Assembly: GCA_964566535.1 (NCBI GenBank)
Contig: CAZMIO010000002.1
Span: 136,905 to 200,904, forward strand
From: an uncultured Methanosarcinales archaeon
Lineage (GTDB): Archaea; Nanobdellota; Nanobdellia; Woesearchaeales; CAZOXR01
Length of the DNA stretch: 64,000 bases
Direction of reading: 5' to 3'
The translations under genes and the position numbers were made by a program. Under the pieces are notes generated by a model. The model made no database searches and had not been told where the DNA came from. It was given only the letters and a program-made list of their open reading frames with translations. Positions 1 through 10,723 of this stretch are shown piece by piece; positions within the stretch are counted from its first letter, which is position 1, and each line of letters opens with the position of its first letter.

Positions 1-351
1 TTCAGCTTCCTCAAATGGCAGCAACTTAGCATTATATTTTTTGGCAACTACATCCATTCCTGAAATCTCCAACGCCCGTTTAGTTCCCCCATCCATATAC
101 CACCCAGAAGATTCCCCAATAATTATTTCGCATCCTTTCTCCTTCAATATTTTACAAACAGCATCAACAACAGCGTGGTGAGTCGTAATCCCAGTCTCTG
201 GCCCATACTGACTCAAAACATTGGGTTTAATCAAAACTTTCTTTATCCCCTCAAAACTAAATCCAATATCCCCTATTGCTTTCTTAACAGAATTAAATAC
301 CCTTTCCTCGTCGTAGTCCTCACATTTTACAATAGAAACCTTCGTCTTCAT
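1..351 (-). CDS. DUF362 domain-containing protein (N-terminal part; gene continues beyond window start)
   Basis: Minus-strand open frame from ATG at 349-351 running off the window edge (absent from ORF track because no stop in window). Translation MKTKVSIVKCEDYDEERVFNSVKKAIGDIGFSFEGIKKVLIKPNVLSQYGPETGITTHHAVVDAV...IIIGESSGW resembles DUF362 family proteins from memory. Confidence 0.55.
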   Translation of the reverse strand, partial: MKTKVSIVKCEDYDEERVFNSVKKAIGDIGFSFEGIKKVLIKPNVLSQYGPETGITTHHAVVDAVCKILKEKGCEIIIGESSGWYMDGGTKRALEISGMDVVAKKYNAKLLPFEEAE

Positions 352-473
352 AGAGAAAAAGAAAAACTAAGCTTATAAAAAATTTATTATCTTATTATTC
401 GTCAGTATACTATTTACTATACTGGTTTACATAATAGAAACATTTATATACTAGTTATCATATTAAGTATAAT

Positions 474-887
474 ATGGTCATATTGTATGACAGATTTAAC
501 CTCCCGGAAGATATCTATGAGGTTATCTTCGCGACAAAACAGCAGGTTACAGTAGCTAAACTGCTAATCGAAATGATCAAAGAAAACGACGGCGAGATAG
601 GTAAGACTGAAATGTCTCTTTTCGCAACAAAACTTCATGAAGGAAAGTTCATCACAGACCAACTTGACGATCCAGCCTACAAAGGCAAAAAAGTAAAGAT
701 ATCATACAACAAAAGGCAATTTTACGATCGGATATTAACTCCGATGAAAAGTATGGGCATGATTGATTATGACCTATACAAGAAGACATACAAATTAAGT
801 GATAAATTTAACAAAGATATGAAACAAATCGGAATGATGTGGGAATTAGAAATGAGAAGAGAACTTCACACAATAAAAAAGAAGTGA
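474..887 (+). CDS. hypothetical protein
   Basis: 137-aa ORF with ATG start and K/E-rich composition typical of this genome. No family recognised. Confidence 0.4.
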   Translation: MVILYDRFNLPEDIYEVIFATKQQVTVAKLLIEMIKENDGEIGKTEMSLFATKLHEGKFITDQLDDPAYKGKKVKISYNKRQFYDRILTPMKSMGMIDYDLYKKTYKLSDKFNKDMKQIGMMWELEMRRELHTIKKK

Positions 888-1210
888 TATTTACCGGCTC
901 CCTATTGGAATCTTCTTCTCAACCACCCCCACTTCAACCAAAAGGGAGCCACCTCCTAATTATTCCTCGCAAGGGAAAAAGAGGTGAGGAAAAATTATAT
1001 CATCGAGGCCGGTTAAGGGAAGCAAAAAGCGCTAACCTGCCTCATTCCCCATTCAAAAAATGAAAAAGAAAGAAAAACTAAAGATTTTATTTTACGGATT
1101 CTTATTAGGTCTCCTTCTAGCAATCCCTTCAAGAAATTACACTAACATATTATCCTCCACATTAGATCCAATAAAAAGTATTATATAACTAAACTTCTAC
1201 CAAACAATTT

Positions 1211-1738
1211 ATGCAAATTACTGAAAAACAAGCAATAGCTATTCTAAAAAAACATTCTCCAACTGAAAGAGTATTCAAAATAATCCTAGCCCATTCTAAA
1301 GCAGTGCAAAAAAAAGCACTAAGTATTGCAAAGAAAGTACCTAAAATAGACCTCCATCTAATAAAAATTGGATCATTACTGCATGATACAGGCAGAACAA
1401 AGTTTACCCTTGGAGAATTCTCAATAAAACATGGAATCGAAGGCGCCAAAATTCTCAGAAAAGAAAAACTTCCAAAATGCGCAAGAATCGCTGAAAGACA
1501 TATTGGTGTTGGAATCAGAAAACAAGACATAAAAAAACAAGCCCTCCCATTACCATTAAAAGATTATATTCCAAAAACAAGAGAAGAAAAAATAATTGCT
1601 CACGCAGACAATCTCATATTCGGAACAAAACCTGGCACATTAAATAAAGTGATAACAAGGTTCAGAAAAGAACTAGGAGAAAGCTACGTAAAAAGAATAA
1701 AAAAATTAGCAAACGAAATTAAAAGCTGGGAAAAATAA
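1211..1738 (+). CDS. HD-domain phosphohydrolase (HDIG-like)
   Basis: 175-aa ORF with ATG start. H..HD motif (LLHDTGR) and downstream AHADNL are typical of HD superfamily metal-dependent phosphohydrolases. Confidence 0.65.
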   Translation: MQITEKQAIAILKKHSPTERVFKIILAHSKAVQKKALSIAKKVPKIDLHLIKIGSLLHDTGRTKFTLGEFSIKHGIEGAKILRKEKLPKCARIAERHIGVGIRKQDIKKQALPLPLKDYIPKTREEKIIAHADNLIFGTKPGTLNKVITRFRKELGESYVKRIKKLANEIKSWEK

Positions 1739-1879
1739 CCCTACCTAATCCGTTTAACCTTCTTTTCCTTAACATATTTTTCATGAACAGGAATATCTGA
1801 GTCTTCATCTACCTCAAAGCCCTCTTCAGCTTCCTTCTTAAGTTTCTTTCTAATCTTACCAAGTTTATCATCCATAATA

Positions 1880-3586
1880 TCACCTCTCAACCATCTTCAG
1901 AACCTTATCGAGTTTAAAACTATTCAAAATATCTTTTTTCTCGCACCATCCTCGACGAGCAATTGCAATTCCATACTTCATAAATTGTAAATGATTCACA
2001 CTATGCGAATCAGTTCCAATAGAAAACTTAACTCCAACCTCCTTAGCCCGAAGAACATTGACATCATTAAGATCAGATCTGTCAGGAAAAGCATTAATCT
2101 CCAAAAAAACTTCCCTCTCCCTAGCCTTCTCAAAAACCTTCTCAAGATCTACATGATACGCCTCCCTCCTATTCACCAACCGACCAGTAGGATGTGCAAA
2201 AATGTTGATGTACTTATTATCAAGTCCTTTCAAAATCCTCTTAGTCATCACTTCATTAGAAGACTTAAACCCTGAATGTATTGAACCAATAACAATATCT
2301 AACTTTTTCAATATCTCTTCAGGAAAATCAAGTGTACCATCTGATTTAATGTCAACCTCAGAACCTTTCAATATCCGAATCCCCTTAAACTTCTTATTCA
2401 GCCTATCAATCTCACTAATCTGTTTCAACAACTTTTTCTCCTCTAGCCCATTAGCTATCCTTTGTGATTGTGAATGGTCAGTTATACAAATATAATCATA
2501 ACCTAACTTAATCCCTCCTTTAACCATCTCCTCGATTTTATTTACTCCATCGCTATAATTTGAGTGAACATGCACATCTCCTTTAATATCATTATACTCA
2601 ATCAACTCAGGAAGTTTTCCCTTCAAACCTGCACCTATCTCTCCCCTATTCTCCCTCATTTCTGGTTCAACATAAGACAATCCCAACTTCCCATAAACGT
2701 CCTCCTCAGTTTTACTAGCTACAACCCTCTTCCCCTTAAACACCCCATACTCACTTAGTTTCAACCCCTTACTAATAGCAATATTCCGGAGAGCAATGCC
2801 ATGATCCTTAGAACCGGTAAAATATTGCATTGCCGACCCAAACACATCCCTACCAACAACCCTAACATCAACCTGAACCCCTCCCTTAAGAACAACACTA
2901 GCCTTTGTTTTACCTTTAGCCAACACCTCCATAACATCTGGGAACTTAACAAAATGCCCCATGACATTCTCAGCCTTAGACGAAACAACTAAAATATCAA
3001 TATCCCTTACCGTCTCCCTCATACGCCTCAAAGAACCAGCAATCTCAACCCCCTGAACCCCATTTAACTTCTTCAAATATCCAACGATCTCTTCAGCAGT
3101 AGGATAAACATGACCAAGCAGCATCCGTCCCTTACCTTTCTTCAATAGCTCAATTCCACGAAGTATATCCTCTTCTGACTTATTACCCATTCCCCCCAAT
3201 CCAGAGATTTTATGTCCTTTTGCAGCATTCTCCAATTGTTTGATTGTAGAAATCCCTAATTTCTCATAAAGCAACTTAGCCTTCTTAGGACCCATCCCTG
3301 GCACTTTCATAAACTCTTCAATATAATTTGGAACTTTCTTTTTCAACTTATCAAAATACTTCAATTTCCCAGTTTTCAGAATCTCCTCAATCTTCTCACC
3401 TATATGTTCACCAACACCAGGAATTTTCCTTAACTCACCTTTCTTAAAAATCTCCATAAGGTCAGAAGACAAACTCTCAATACTCTTAGCCGCATTCCGG
3501 TAAGCCCTCGGTTTAAAATCAATTCCCTGAATCTCCAAAATATCTGCAATCTCATAGAAAATATTAGCTATCTCTTGGTTCCCCAT
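1880..3586 (-). CDS. polX: DNA polymerase X family (PolX) with C-terminal PHP domain
   Basis: 568 aa. N-terminal HhH/Pol-beta-like nucleotidyltransferase region (GSLRRMRETVRDIDILV) and C-terminal PHP phosphoesterase motifs (GDVHVHSNYSDG, ICITDHS). ATG start at 3584-3586. Confidence 0.85.
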   Translation of the reverse strand: MGNQEIANIFYEIADILEIQGIDFKPRAYRNAAKSIESLSSDLMEIFKKGELRKIPGVGEHIGEKIEEILKTGKLKYFDKLKKKVPNYIEEFMKVPGMGPKKAKLLYEKLGISTIKQLENAAKGHKISGLGGMGNKSEEDILRGIELLKKGKGRMLLGHVYPTAEEIVGYLKKLNGVQGVEIAGSLRRMRETVRDIDILVVSSKAENVMGHFVKFPDVMEVLAKGKTKASVVLKGGVQVDVRVVGRDVFGSAMQYFTGSKDHGIALRNIAISKGLKLSEYGVFKGKRVVASKTEEDVYGKLGLSYVEPEMRENRGEIGAGLKGKLPELIEYNDIKGDVHVHSNYSDGVNKIEEMVKGGIKLGYDYICITDHSQSQRIANGLEEKKLLKQISEIDRLNKKFKGIRILKGSEVDIKSDGTLDFPEEILKKLDIVIGSIHSGFKSSNEVMTKRILKGLDNKYINIFAHPTGRLVNRREAYHVDLEKVFEKAREREVFLEINAFPDRSDLNDVNVLRAKEVGVKFSIGTDSHSVNHLQFMKYGIAIARRGWCEKKDILNSFKLDKVLKMVER

Positions 3587-3687
3587 ATCAAGAAATATAG
3601 GAACACTGACTTAAATATCTTTTGTATCCAAAACAATAAATTCAAAAAATAAATTATTTAAACTAGCAAAACATTAAACAAAAGATA

Positions 3688-4557
3688 ATGCCAATTAGAA
3701 AACCAATCGTAGCAGGCCAATTCTATGAATCCTCACCAACCGAATTAGACAAACAACTAAACAATTGCTTCACGTCAAAATTCGGACCAGGAGATTTACC
3801 ATTAAAAAAAAGAACAAAAGAAACCATAGGCGTAATAGCCCCTCACGCAGGCTATGAGTTCTCAGGACCTTGTGCAGCCTGGGCATACAAAGAAATAGCA
3901 GAATCTAAGTTCCCAGACACATTCATTCTTTTAGGTCTAAGTCATTCTGGCTACCCATCATGCGTATCCCTAAACGATTGGGAAACTCCCTTCGGAATTG
4001 TAGAAAATGACAAAGAATTCGGAAATGCATTAATAAACAGCTCCAATATCCCTCAAAACGAAGAAGCCCACAAGTCAGAACACTCAATTGAAGTCCAACT
4101 ACCATTTCTACAGTTCATAAGTAAAGACAACCCCAATAAACTCAAAATAAGCCCAATTATTGTCTCCCCAGATATAAACCCAGGGGACATCGCTAAAAGT
4201 ATCCACAATACCATAAAAACCCTCAATAAACAGGTAATAGTAATAGCATCATCAGACTTTACCCATTTTGGAGAACATTATAACTACAATCCATTCAAAG
4301 AAAACATAAAAGAAAACTTATACAAATTAGACAAAACAGCCATTGACCAAATCATAAACCTCAACAGCTACCGCTTCCTAGACCACATACAGCAAACAGG
4401 AGCCACAATCTGTGGAAAATACCCTATCGCCGCAATTATAGAATTATCCAACCTATTAAACGCAAAAAAAGCAAGATTACTCCATTACTACACATCTGGA
4501 GACATAATAAACAATTATTCTTCTGCAGTTGGCTATGGGGCTATTTCTATAGAATAA
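3688..4557 (+). CDS. amrB: AmmeMemoRadiSam system protein B (MEMO1 family)
   Basis: 289 aa. Characteristic N-terminal PIVAGQFY and APHAGYEFSG motifs of the Memo1/AmrB family. Confidence 0.8.
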   Translation: MPIRKPIVAGQFYESSPTELDKQLNNCFTSKFGPGDLPLKKRTKETIGVIAPHAGYEFSGPCAAWAYKEIAESKFPDTFILLGLSHSGYPSCVSLNDWETPFGIVENDKEFGNALINSSNIPQNEEAHKSEHSIEVQLPFLQFISKDNPNKLKISPIIVSPDINPGDIAKSIHNTIKTLNKQVIVIASSDFTHFGEHYNYNPFKENIKENLYKLDKTAIDQIINLNSYRFLDHIQQTGATICGKYPIAAIIELSNLLNAKKARLLHYYTSGDIINNYSSAVGYGAISIE

Positions 4558-4604
4558 TCTAACAAACTTAAATTAAATAAAAAATTAGAAAAAAATAAAA
4601 AAAT

Positions 4605-7600
4605 TTAATGTTTTTTCTTGGTTTGTGCCGAGTAAATAATCACCGCAATGATTATTATCGCTACAATCGCTATTATTACCCAGATTGCTGTACTTATTGG
4701 TTTTACTGGCTCAGTAACTCCTTCACCTGACTCTCCAGGAGGTATATCTGTCGGTTCATCAGTAGTAGGCGTATCAGCAGGCGCTTCAGTCTTTGCCCCT
4801 TTCTTACTTCCAATTGCAAAGTAACTAAATCCTGGAGTGTTCGCAATATAAGTTGCCGTTAAGTCTCCACTCTCCAATTTATCGGTAGTCAACACATTCC
4901 ACTTACCATCAACATACCTTAGCAATACAACATCGTCTTCTGCAACACCACTCTCTGCCAACCATACTTTAGTCACTTCAAACTTGATTGTCGCTGTATC
5001 CACATCACTATCAGCCAAATTTGTCTTAGTTACTTGCAAGTATTGATAGACCTTATCAGATGCTTCAGTCAATGATGAAGGCATTTCTTTTAAGCTCGCA
5101 ACTTCAAGCTTCATACTAGTCAAAGCATTTGCTGTTGTAACTTTTACTTCCTTAAATGCAATCTTGTTGTTGGATATCTTCATACTAATGCTTTCTCCAG
5201 CCGCTAATGAACTCCATAAATGACTTGTCTTTGCTGCTACATTGTTTGCTTTTGCAACAGTAACTCCTCCACCTGTACCTGTAGTAGTGGTGTCATCACC
5301 TGATGAATCTTCTTCTCCTGCTGTAGTAAAGTTATACACTCCAGTTGTATTACATATTCCTGCTACATCACATACTTTAACTGAATAGTTTATGTATGAC
5401 GATGGCGCCAGGCTTAAAGTTATTATAGGTTTCTTGGTAGTAAATGGACTACTCTGTGAAGTCACTATGCTACTTGTTGGAGACATCCCTACAGTATACC
5501 TTACGGATGCATTTACATACTCGTTAGATTCAATCCCAATAGTCGCACCAGATGAAGATATACTATCATTAGTGAGGTTTGTATATGTAGGCATTACACT
5601 ATCTGTCACATTAAAGATATAAGCAGTTATGTTCTGGTTTCCTGCATTATCTGTAATGTTCAAAGTTATGTTATACATTCCCAATTTAGAGCTTGAGAAG
5701 TTTGCCAACCCGATAGGTAATAATGATTGACATGTATACAATGAAGTCCCACTCAATAATGATGGTGTTGTCATATCCACCCAACTTGTTCGTACTGAAT
5801 CAGTTCCATCATAGTATGCACTTGTATTAATCATCCACTGACATGAACTTGTATCCTGTGATACAGTAACATTCAGTATAAATGCACTATCTCCCTCATT
5901 CTTTTGTGGATGATTTACAGTAACCGTTGGAGCCATCGTATCATTCACAACAACAACCGCCGAGAAACTCGGTACAAATATTGTTGAACTAATGTTATTT
6001 GTCACATTAAAGCAAGGTGTCGTTTTTGTAGGTGTATATGGTGTTGTTGCTCCACCAGTTGCAGTAGTACATGGATCTATTAATGTCCTAGATGAATAAT
6101 CGGAGACATTTGTAAACCACATTGCCACAAACACTGATCCATTTATAATCCTAGCTTCTGAAAGATTATACCCTACTTCAACTCTTCCAAAGTACGCATT
6201 CGTATTAGGGATAAAGTCACTCATTGTACTACCATTGAACCTCACAAATCTCAGAACAGCTGCACTAAAGTTTCTCCTAATATTAAGTTCATCTATCTCT
6301 GCGTTGCTTGTAACAGTAAAGTTAAGATTCTGCCAACTAGCTTCTGATGCATTGATATCGTCAATAGTAACATTCACTGAACTAGTGGATGAACTATTCA
6401 TCAACAATTTAATGTCAACCAAAAGGGTTTCGCTACTATTAATTAATACATAGCCTCCCTCTATAATTGCACCGTTACTAGCATTAGTTATATTCAATCC
6501 AGCAATGTGAGTATCCCCTAATGAGAGATTTAACTCAGACGCTTTCCCATCAACATCAATTGATCCCACTGTTGTAAATGTATACGTCGTTGCATTTGCC
6601 GTATTACCTACCGAATCATTTGCTTGTAAAGTAAGAGTATGCTTACCACCATAACTTACATTAATAGTGTAATTATAGCTCAATTTCTGATCAATATTGC
6701 CACCAACCAGAAGAGTATATGCTCCACCATCAAGATAATATCCGATTGATGAAAGATATGTTGTCTCAGTAGGAGTTGAAAAATTCAAACTCATATTCTC
6801 AGTAAACTCTACTCCCTCTATAGACGCAGCAGCAACTGACTCAATTGAGTTCAATGTAATATCTGGTGCATGCCTATCTAATCCAATACTATACGTTGTT
6901 GTATTCACACCACCTGCAGTACTTGTAGCCTTAATCATTATGTCCTTAGTACCAGAGGTTGCTGCTAAACACAAGGTATTATTGAATGGTTGGAAATCTG
7001 TATTATTTTGTACTGTAGCCAATGCGCTATTACAGCTTGTATTATACTGCAATGTCCTCAATCCAGAAGATGAACTGCTCACATTAATGGATACCCAAGC
7101 ATAATTGGATATATTAAATGGCTGTAAACCTTCTGCAACACCAGAAACAGTTCCTCCCAATGATGTATTATAACCCAAAGTTATATCATAAGGAACACGC
7201 GTGTCAACTGTAAAAGTATAATTTACAGTCTCAATATTCCCCCATGAATCCTGAGCAGTAACAACCACCCAATGAGATTGTTCATCTCCTAAGTCAGTAC
7301 CACAACTACTATGGAATATCTCTGGAGATGTGAATTGACTCCTATAGTCAGTCCCTTTAATTGTTGTCAAATTAGTCAAAGTAACTGGAACTGCTGCAGT
7401 AGTAAGATTAAGGTAATTACTACAATTCCCAGTTTGAGTCAAAGCTCCATCAATACTAATATTTGCAATAGTCAAATTCTGCTTCTCTGAAATATTCACT
7501 TCAACCCAGAATGAAGTAGAACTCATATTTGTTAAGTTTCCTCCAAATCCAGATGTATTTGAAGTCTGACTAATACCTACTTGTATAAGTGGCTTAGCAC

Positions 7601-10133
7601 TATCATTTACCTGTACTATTAATACACCAGATGTATTAACGTTACCTGCATAATCAACTCCCTGCATTCTAAATGAAACATTATGTCCCGATTGGAAGCT
7701 GTCTGATGCATTAGAAAGTGCATAAGTAATATTGTAAACACTTCCATCACTAATATGTGATGCATTAGTATCATTTTGAACAGTCGTCCAACTATCTGTT
7801 GTATCATTATACATCTGCAATATTATATGCTTAACATCAGATGCAGCATCAGTAAAATTAATAAATGCAGTTATTGAAGATCCCTGTAGGATTCCAATAT
7901 TATGGCCCGTATTATTGTTTGATACAGTATTATTCTCATTCCAATTTTGTATACTTGTGTTTGTAATATTCCATGCATTAAAGGTTGGTGCAACAGTATC
8001 CACTGTGAAATTTAATCGAGCCACAGTAATAGTCCGATTACTGTCAGTCACATTACCACTAATATTCCATGATCCATCAGATAAGTGAATCCCATAATCA
8101 AAAAGATTAAAGTAACATTCTACATGGGACGCATTCACTGGGTTTGTTGAACTAACATCAGACCTATCATAACATGCAGTTGTTAAGTTAGCTATTGTAA
8201 AGTTAAAAGGAGAGACTCCAGTAGTTCCTCCTTCAAAATCTATTCTTATCGAACTATTATCAATTCCAGTTCCAGCATCAGCAAATGAAATATTAATATA
8301 TGTCCCATTATTACTAACATTAGTTCCTGAAATTGGGTAATTAAAAGTCACATTCGGTGCCACAACATCTTCTGACCCCAAAGCTCCTGAGAAATGATCC
8401 ATATAGATGTAAGAGTTGCCATCTTCCTCTATGTAACATGCAGAATCTGTTGGGATGTAATCTTCATGGTTCGTATAGTTTATTCCCCATATATCCTTCC
8501 CATTTGTAGATGCACTACAATTGGAAATTTCACTACAACTAGGATTGGAGAACGTTCCACCACAATAATAGTAGTCATTATAATATTTATCATAAATTGC
8601 TCTTCCATATTTATAATTGTTAGCAGAAGGAACAAAGTTAGCTATCTCAAACCATGCCACTGTTAAGTTATATCCATGACCTACTTGGTCCTGAAGCGCG
8701 TTACCTTCATTAACAGTCAGATTGGATAACCTTATATTAGCTAAATAAGTCTCATTTATATCTATCCCATCAATTTCAATTACAACTGGATATCCTAAAT
8801 CATCAGTCATATTTATCCTAAAGGTATAATTATACAAACTAGGACTCACAAATTCGCCTTCAGATAGAGTTGTAAGGGCAGTGCCATTCTCATAAAAGAC
8901 TGTCAAGTTCCCCAATACAGAACCATTAAATGTAGATATCAGTTGGGTTACATTAACTCCCTCTATTGTAAAACCAGCTTGTTGACCAGACCAAATCAGG
9001 CCACCAGGCGCATCAACATTATTACAGTGTACATCCCCCCCAGTGGTATTCGCACAGAACCAAACACCATGAGCACCAGGATTCCTATATATACTATTAA
9101 TCCTTGTAGAAATATTAACTAACCGTGGATTAGTGGTATCATCTATAATACTAATATTATGAGTTGATAAATTATAGATAGTCTCATTAGTATGAGGACC
9201 AACAGCGCTAGCCACATTAGTCAATATATACCACACTGAATCTATATTTGAACCAGTAACATTAACCCCTACTGTAATCGGATAATCAACAAAGTTCAGA
9301 CTATCAGATGAAGAACCTAATACGGAACCATTAATATTTACAGGTAATACAGTTAGTGAATTACTAACAAGGTTAAATGAGTAATTAGTCTCAAATAAGC
9401 TTTCATTAACATTACCAAAAGTATCATTACACCAAACACTCCAATTATAAGTACCATTAGTATAGCCACTTTGTAGAACATCAATTGTCCAAGTTTGCAA
9501 AGAAGCCAAATCATTCGCTGTACTGTTTGTAAAGTTTGCAGTAGTGAAATTTATGTCAATACCATTTGAACTATTCACATACACCTTACATGTATCAATA
9601 TTCGCATCATCAGGAGTCACCTTAATAAACTGAGTAGTTGATCCTTGATCTTCCGGATACTGTGTCCCGGACATAGACGCTAAAACTCCATCAACAGAAA
9701 TGTTAAAAACGGCTGTACTATTTGCAGCCACCGAAGCATCAGCTGAACTATTAACGAAGAGAGTGATATTAATTGTGTAAGTTCCATTAGTGATATTAGA
9801 GATATCCCAACCAATTGTTGTACTATTAAAATTCATTTGTACTCCACCAGCTGTCTGGTTCGTACCGATTAACGCATACTGAGTGCTTAACTTTCCACTG
9901 CTATTATACCAAAAAGTTACATTACTAACATTTAACGGAGTAGCGTATTCACCATCAGTAGGTTCTATAGTGATATTAATCACAAAGGAGTTATTCGCAG
10001 CACTAAGCCTTGTCCCATTCATAAGATTATGGATGACAATGTTAACACCACTTCCAAACACAGACATAACAACCAACAGAATAACAGCAGAAATAATTAT
10101 CTTAAGATTAGACTTAGCCTCTTTTTCCATCAT
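4605..10133 (-). CDS. very large cell-surface glycoprotein (candidate S-layer or surface-array protein)
   Basis: 1842-aa ORF with N-terminal signal/anchor (IIISAVILLVVMSVFGSG) and C-terminal TM helix plus basic tail (AIWVIIAIVAIIIIAVIIYSAQTKKKH). Extremely dense in N-X-S/T sequons and T/S/N/G-rich, consistent with a heavily N-glycosylated archaeal surface protein. Confidence 0.75.
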   Translation of the reverse strand: MMEKEAKSNLKIIISAVILLVVMSVFGSGVNIVIHNLMNGTRLSAANNSFVINITIEPTDGEYATPLNVSNVTFWYNSSGKLSTQYALIGTNQTAGGVQMNFNSTTIGWDISNITNGTYTINITLFVNSSADASVAANSTAVFNISVDGVLASMSGTQYPEDQGSTTQFIKVTPDDANIDTCKVYVNSSNGIDINFTTANFTNSTANDLASLQTWTIDVLQSGYTNGTYNWSVWCNDTFGNVNESLFETNYSFNLVSNSLTVLPVNINGSVLGSSSDSLNFVDYPITVGVNVTGSNIDSVWYILTNVASAVGPHTNETIYNLSTHNISIIDDTTNPRLVNISTRINSIYRNPGAHGVWFCANTTGGDVHCNNVDAPGGLIWSGQQAGFTIEGVNVTQLISTFNGSVLGNLTVFYENGTALTTLSEGEFVSPSLYNYTFRINMTDDLGYPVVIEIDGIDINETYLANIRLSNLTVNEGNALQDQVGHGYNLTVAWFEIANFVPSANNYKYGRAIYDKYYNDYYYCGGTFSNPSCSEISNCSASTNGKDIWGINYTNHEDYIPTDSACYIEEDGNSYIYMDHFSGALGSEDVVAPNVTFNYPISGTNVSNNGTYINISFADAGTGIDNSSIRIDFEGGTTGVSPFNFTIANLTTACYDRSDVSSTNPVNASHVECYFNLFDYGIHLSDGSWNISGNVTDSNRTITVARLNFTVDTVAPTFNAWNITNTSIQNWNENNTVSNNNTGHNIGILQGSSITAFINFTDAASDVKHIILQMYNDTTDSWTTVQNDTNASHISDGSVYNITYALSNASDSFQSGHNVSFRMQGVDYAGNVNTSGVLIVQVNDSAKPLIQVGISQTSNTSGFGGNLTNMSSTSFWVEVNISEKQNLTIANISIDGALTQTGNCSNYLNLTTAAVPVTLTNLTTIKGTDYRSQFTSPEIFHSSCGTDLGDEQSHWVVVTAQDSWGNIETVNYTFTVDTRVPYDITLGYNTSLGGTVSGVAEGLQPFNISNYAWVSINVSSSSSGLRTLQYNTSCNSALATVQNNTDFQPFNNTLCLAATSGTKDIMIKATSTAGGVNTTTYSIGLDRHAPDITLNSIESVAAASIEGVEFTENMSLNFSTPTETTYLSSIGYYLDGGAYTLLVGGNIDQKLSYNYTINVSYGGKHTLTLQANDSVGNTANATTYTFTTVGSIDVDGKASELNLSLGDTHIAGLNITNASNGAIIEGGYVLINSSETLLVDIKLLMNSSSTSSVNVTIDDINASEASWQNLNFTVTSNAEIDELNIRRNFSAAVLRFVRFNGSTMSDFIPNTNAYFGRVEVGYNLSEARIINGSVFVAMWFTNVSDYSSRTLIDPCTTATGGATTPYTPTKTTPCFNVTNNISSTIFVPSFSAVVVVNDTMAPTVTVNHPQKNEGDSAFILNVTVSQDTSSCQWMINTSAYYDGTDSVRTSWVDMTTPSLLSGTSLYTCQSLLPIGLANFSSSKLGMYNITLNITDNAGNQNITAYIFNVTDSVMPTYTNLTNDSISSSGATIGIESNEYVNASVRYTVGMSPTSSIVTSQSSPFTTKKPIITLSLAPSSYINYSVKVCDVAGICNTTGVYNFTTAGEEDSSGDDTTTTGTGGGVTVAKANNVAAKTSHLWSSLAAGESISMKISNNKIAFKEVKVTTANALTSMKLEVASLKEMPSSLTEASDKVYQYLQVTKTNLADSDVDTATIKFEVTKVWLAESGVAEDDVVLLRYVDGKWNVLTTDKLESGDLTATYIANTPGFSYFAIGSKKGAKTEAPADTPTTDEPTDIPPGESGEGVTEPVKPISTAIWVIIAIVAIIIIAVIIYSAQTKKKH

Positions 10134-10319
10134 GGTACCACCTTTTTTTGAATGATCAACATCTTTTTTTAAAAGATAAAACCTATTTATCCCACCCTAT
10201 ATTACCTACCCTATAGCATAATTAGTTTTATTATTTAAACACACATATTTAAATGTTTCGGTAGACTCAATATAGAAAACACGAACAATTATAAATAAAT
10301 AAACCATCTTGGAAAACAT

Positions 10320-10667
10320 ATGCCGATAAAAAACAAGACAAAAAACAAAATTTTAGTCAATAAGTTAAGATTCTGCAACAATTTCTTAAATAAATCAATA
10401 GGATTAATCTTCCACAAAAAACTAATTGACAAGGGATTAGTATTCCCCTACAAAAAAGATAAAAAGGTCCCATTACACATGATCTTTGTTTTCTTCCCAA
10501 TAGACATCATCTACTTAGACAAAGAAAAAAAAGTCATCGAAATAAAAGAAAACTTCAAACCGTTCACTTTCTACACTCCAAAAAATAAATCAAGATATGT
10601 TCTTGAGCTCCCAGAAAACACAATCAAAAAAACCAAAACAGAGATCGGAGACATACTCTCCTTCTAA
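10320..10667 (+). CDS. DUF192 domain protein
   Basis: 115 aa. Conserved DUF192 segments (PLHMIFVFFPIDIIYLD...YVLEL...GD) recognised from memory. Confidence 0.6.
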   Translation: MPIKNKTKNKILVNKLRFCNNFLNKSIGLIFHKKLIDKGLVFPYKKDKKVPLHMIFVFFPIDIIYLDKEKKVIEIKENFKPFTFYTPKNKSRYVLELPENTIKKTKTEIGDILSF

Positions 10668-10723
10668 CAAAATAAAAAAATAAGAATATTTATATAATGA
10701 CCCCCTCCCCTAAAAACAACAGT

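Noticed and set aside
839-1063. 74-aa ORF (MGIRNEKRTSHNKK...PPPLQPKG...)
   Set aside because: Overlaps the end of the preceding gene in another frame and reads through a GC-rich, hairpin-rich island. The Pro/Arg/Gly-rich product is unlike any other protein in this K/I/N-rich proteome. More likely non-coding (see the ncRNA candidate).
1189-1530. 113-aa minus-strand ORF
   Set aside because: Lies entirely antisense within the well-supported HD-domain gene. Cys/Phe-rich low-complexity product. Spurious.
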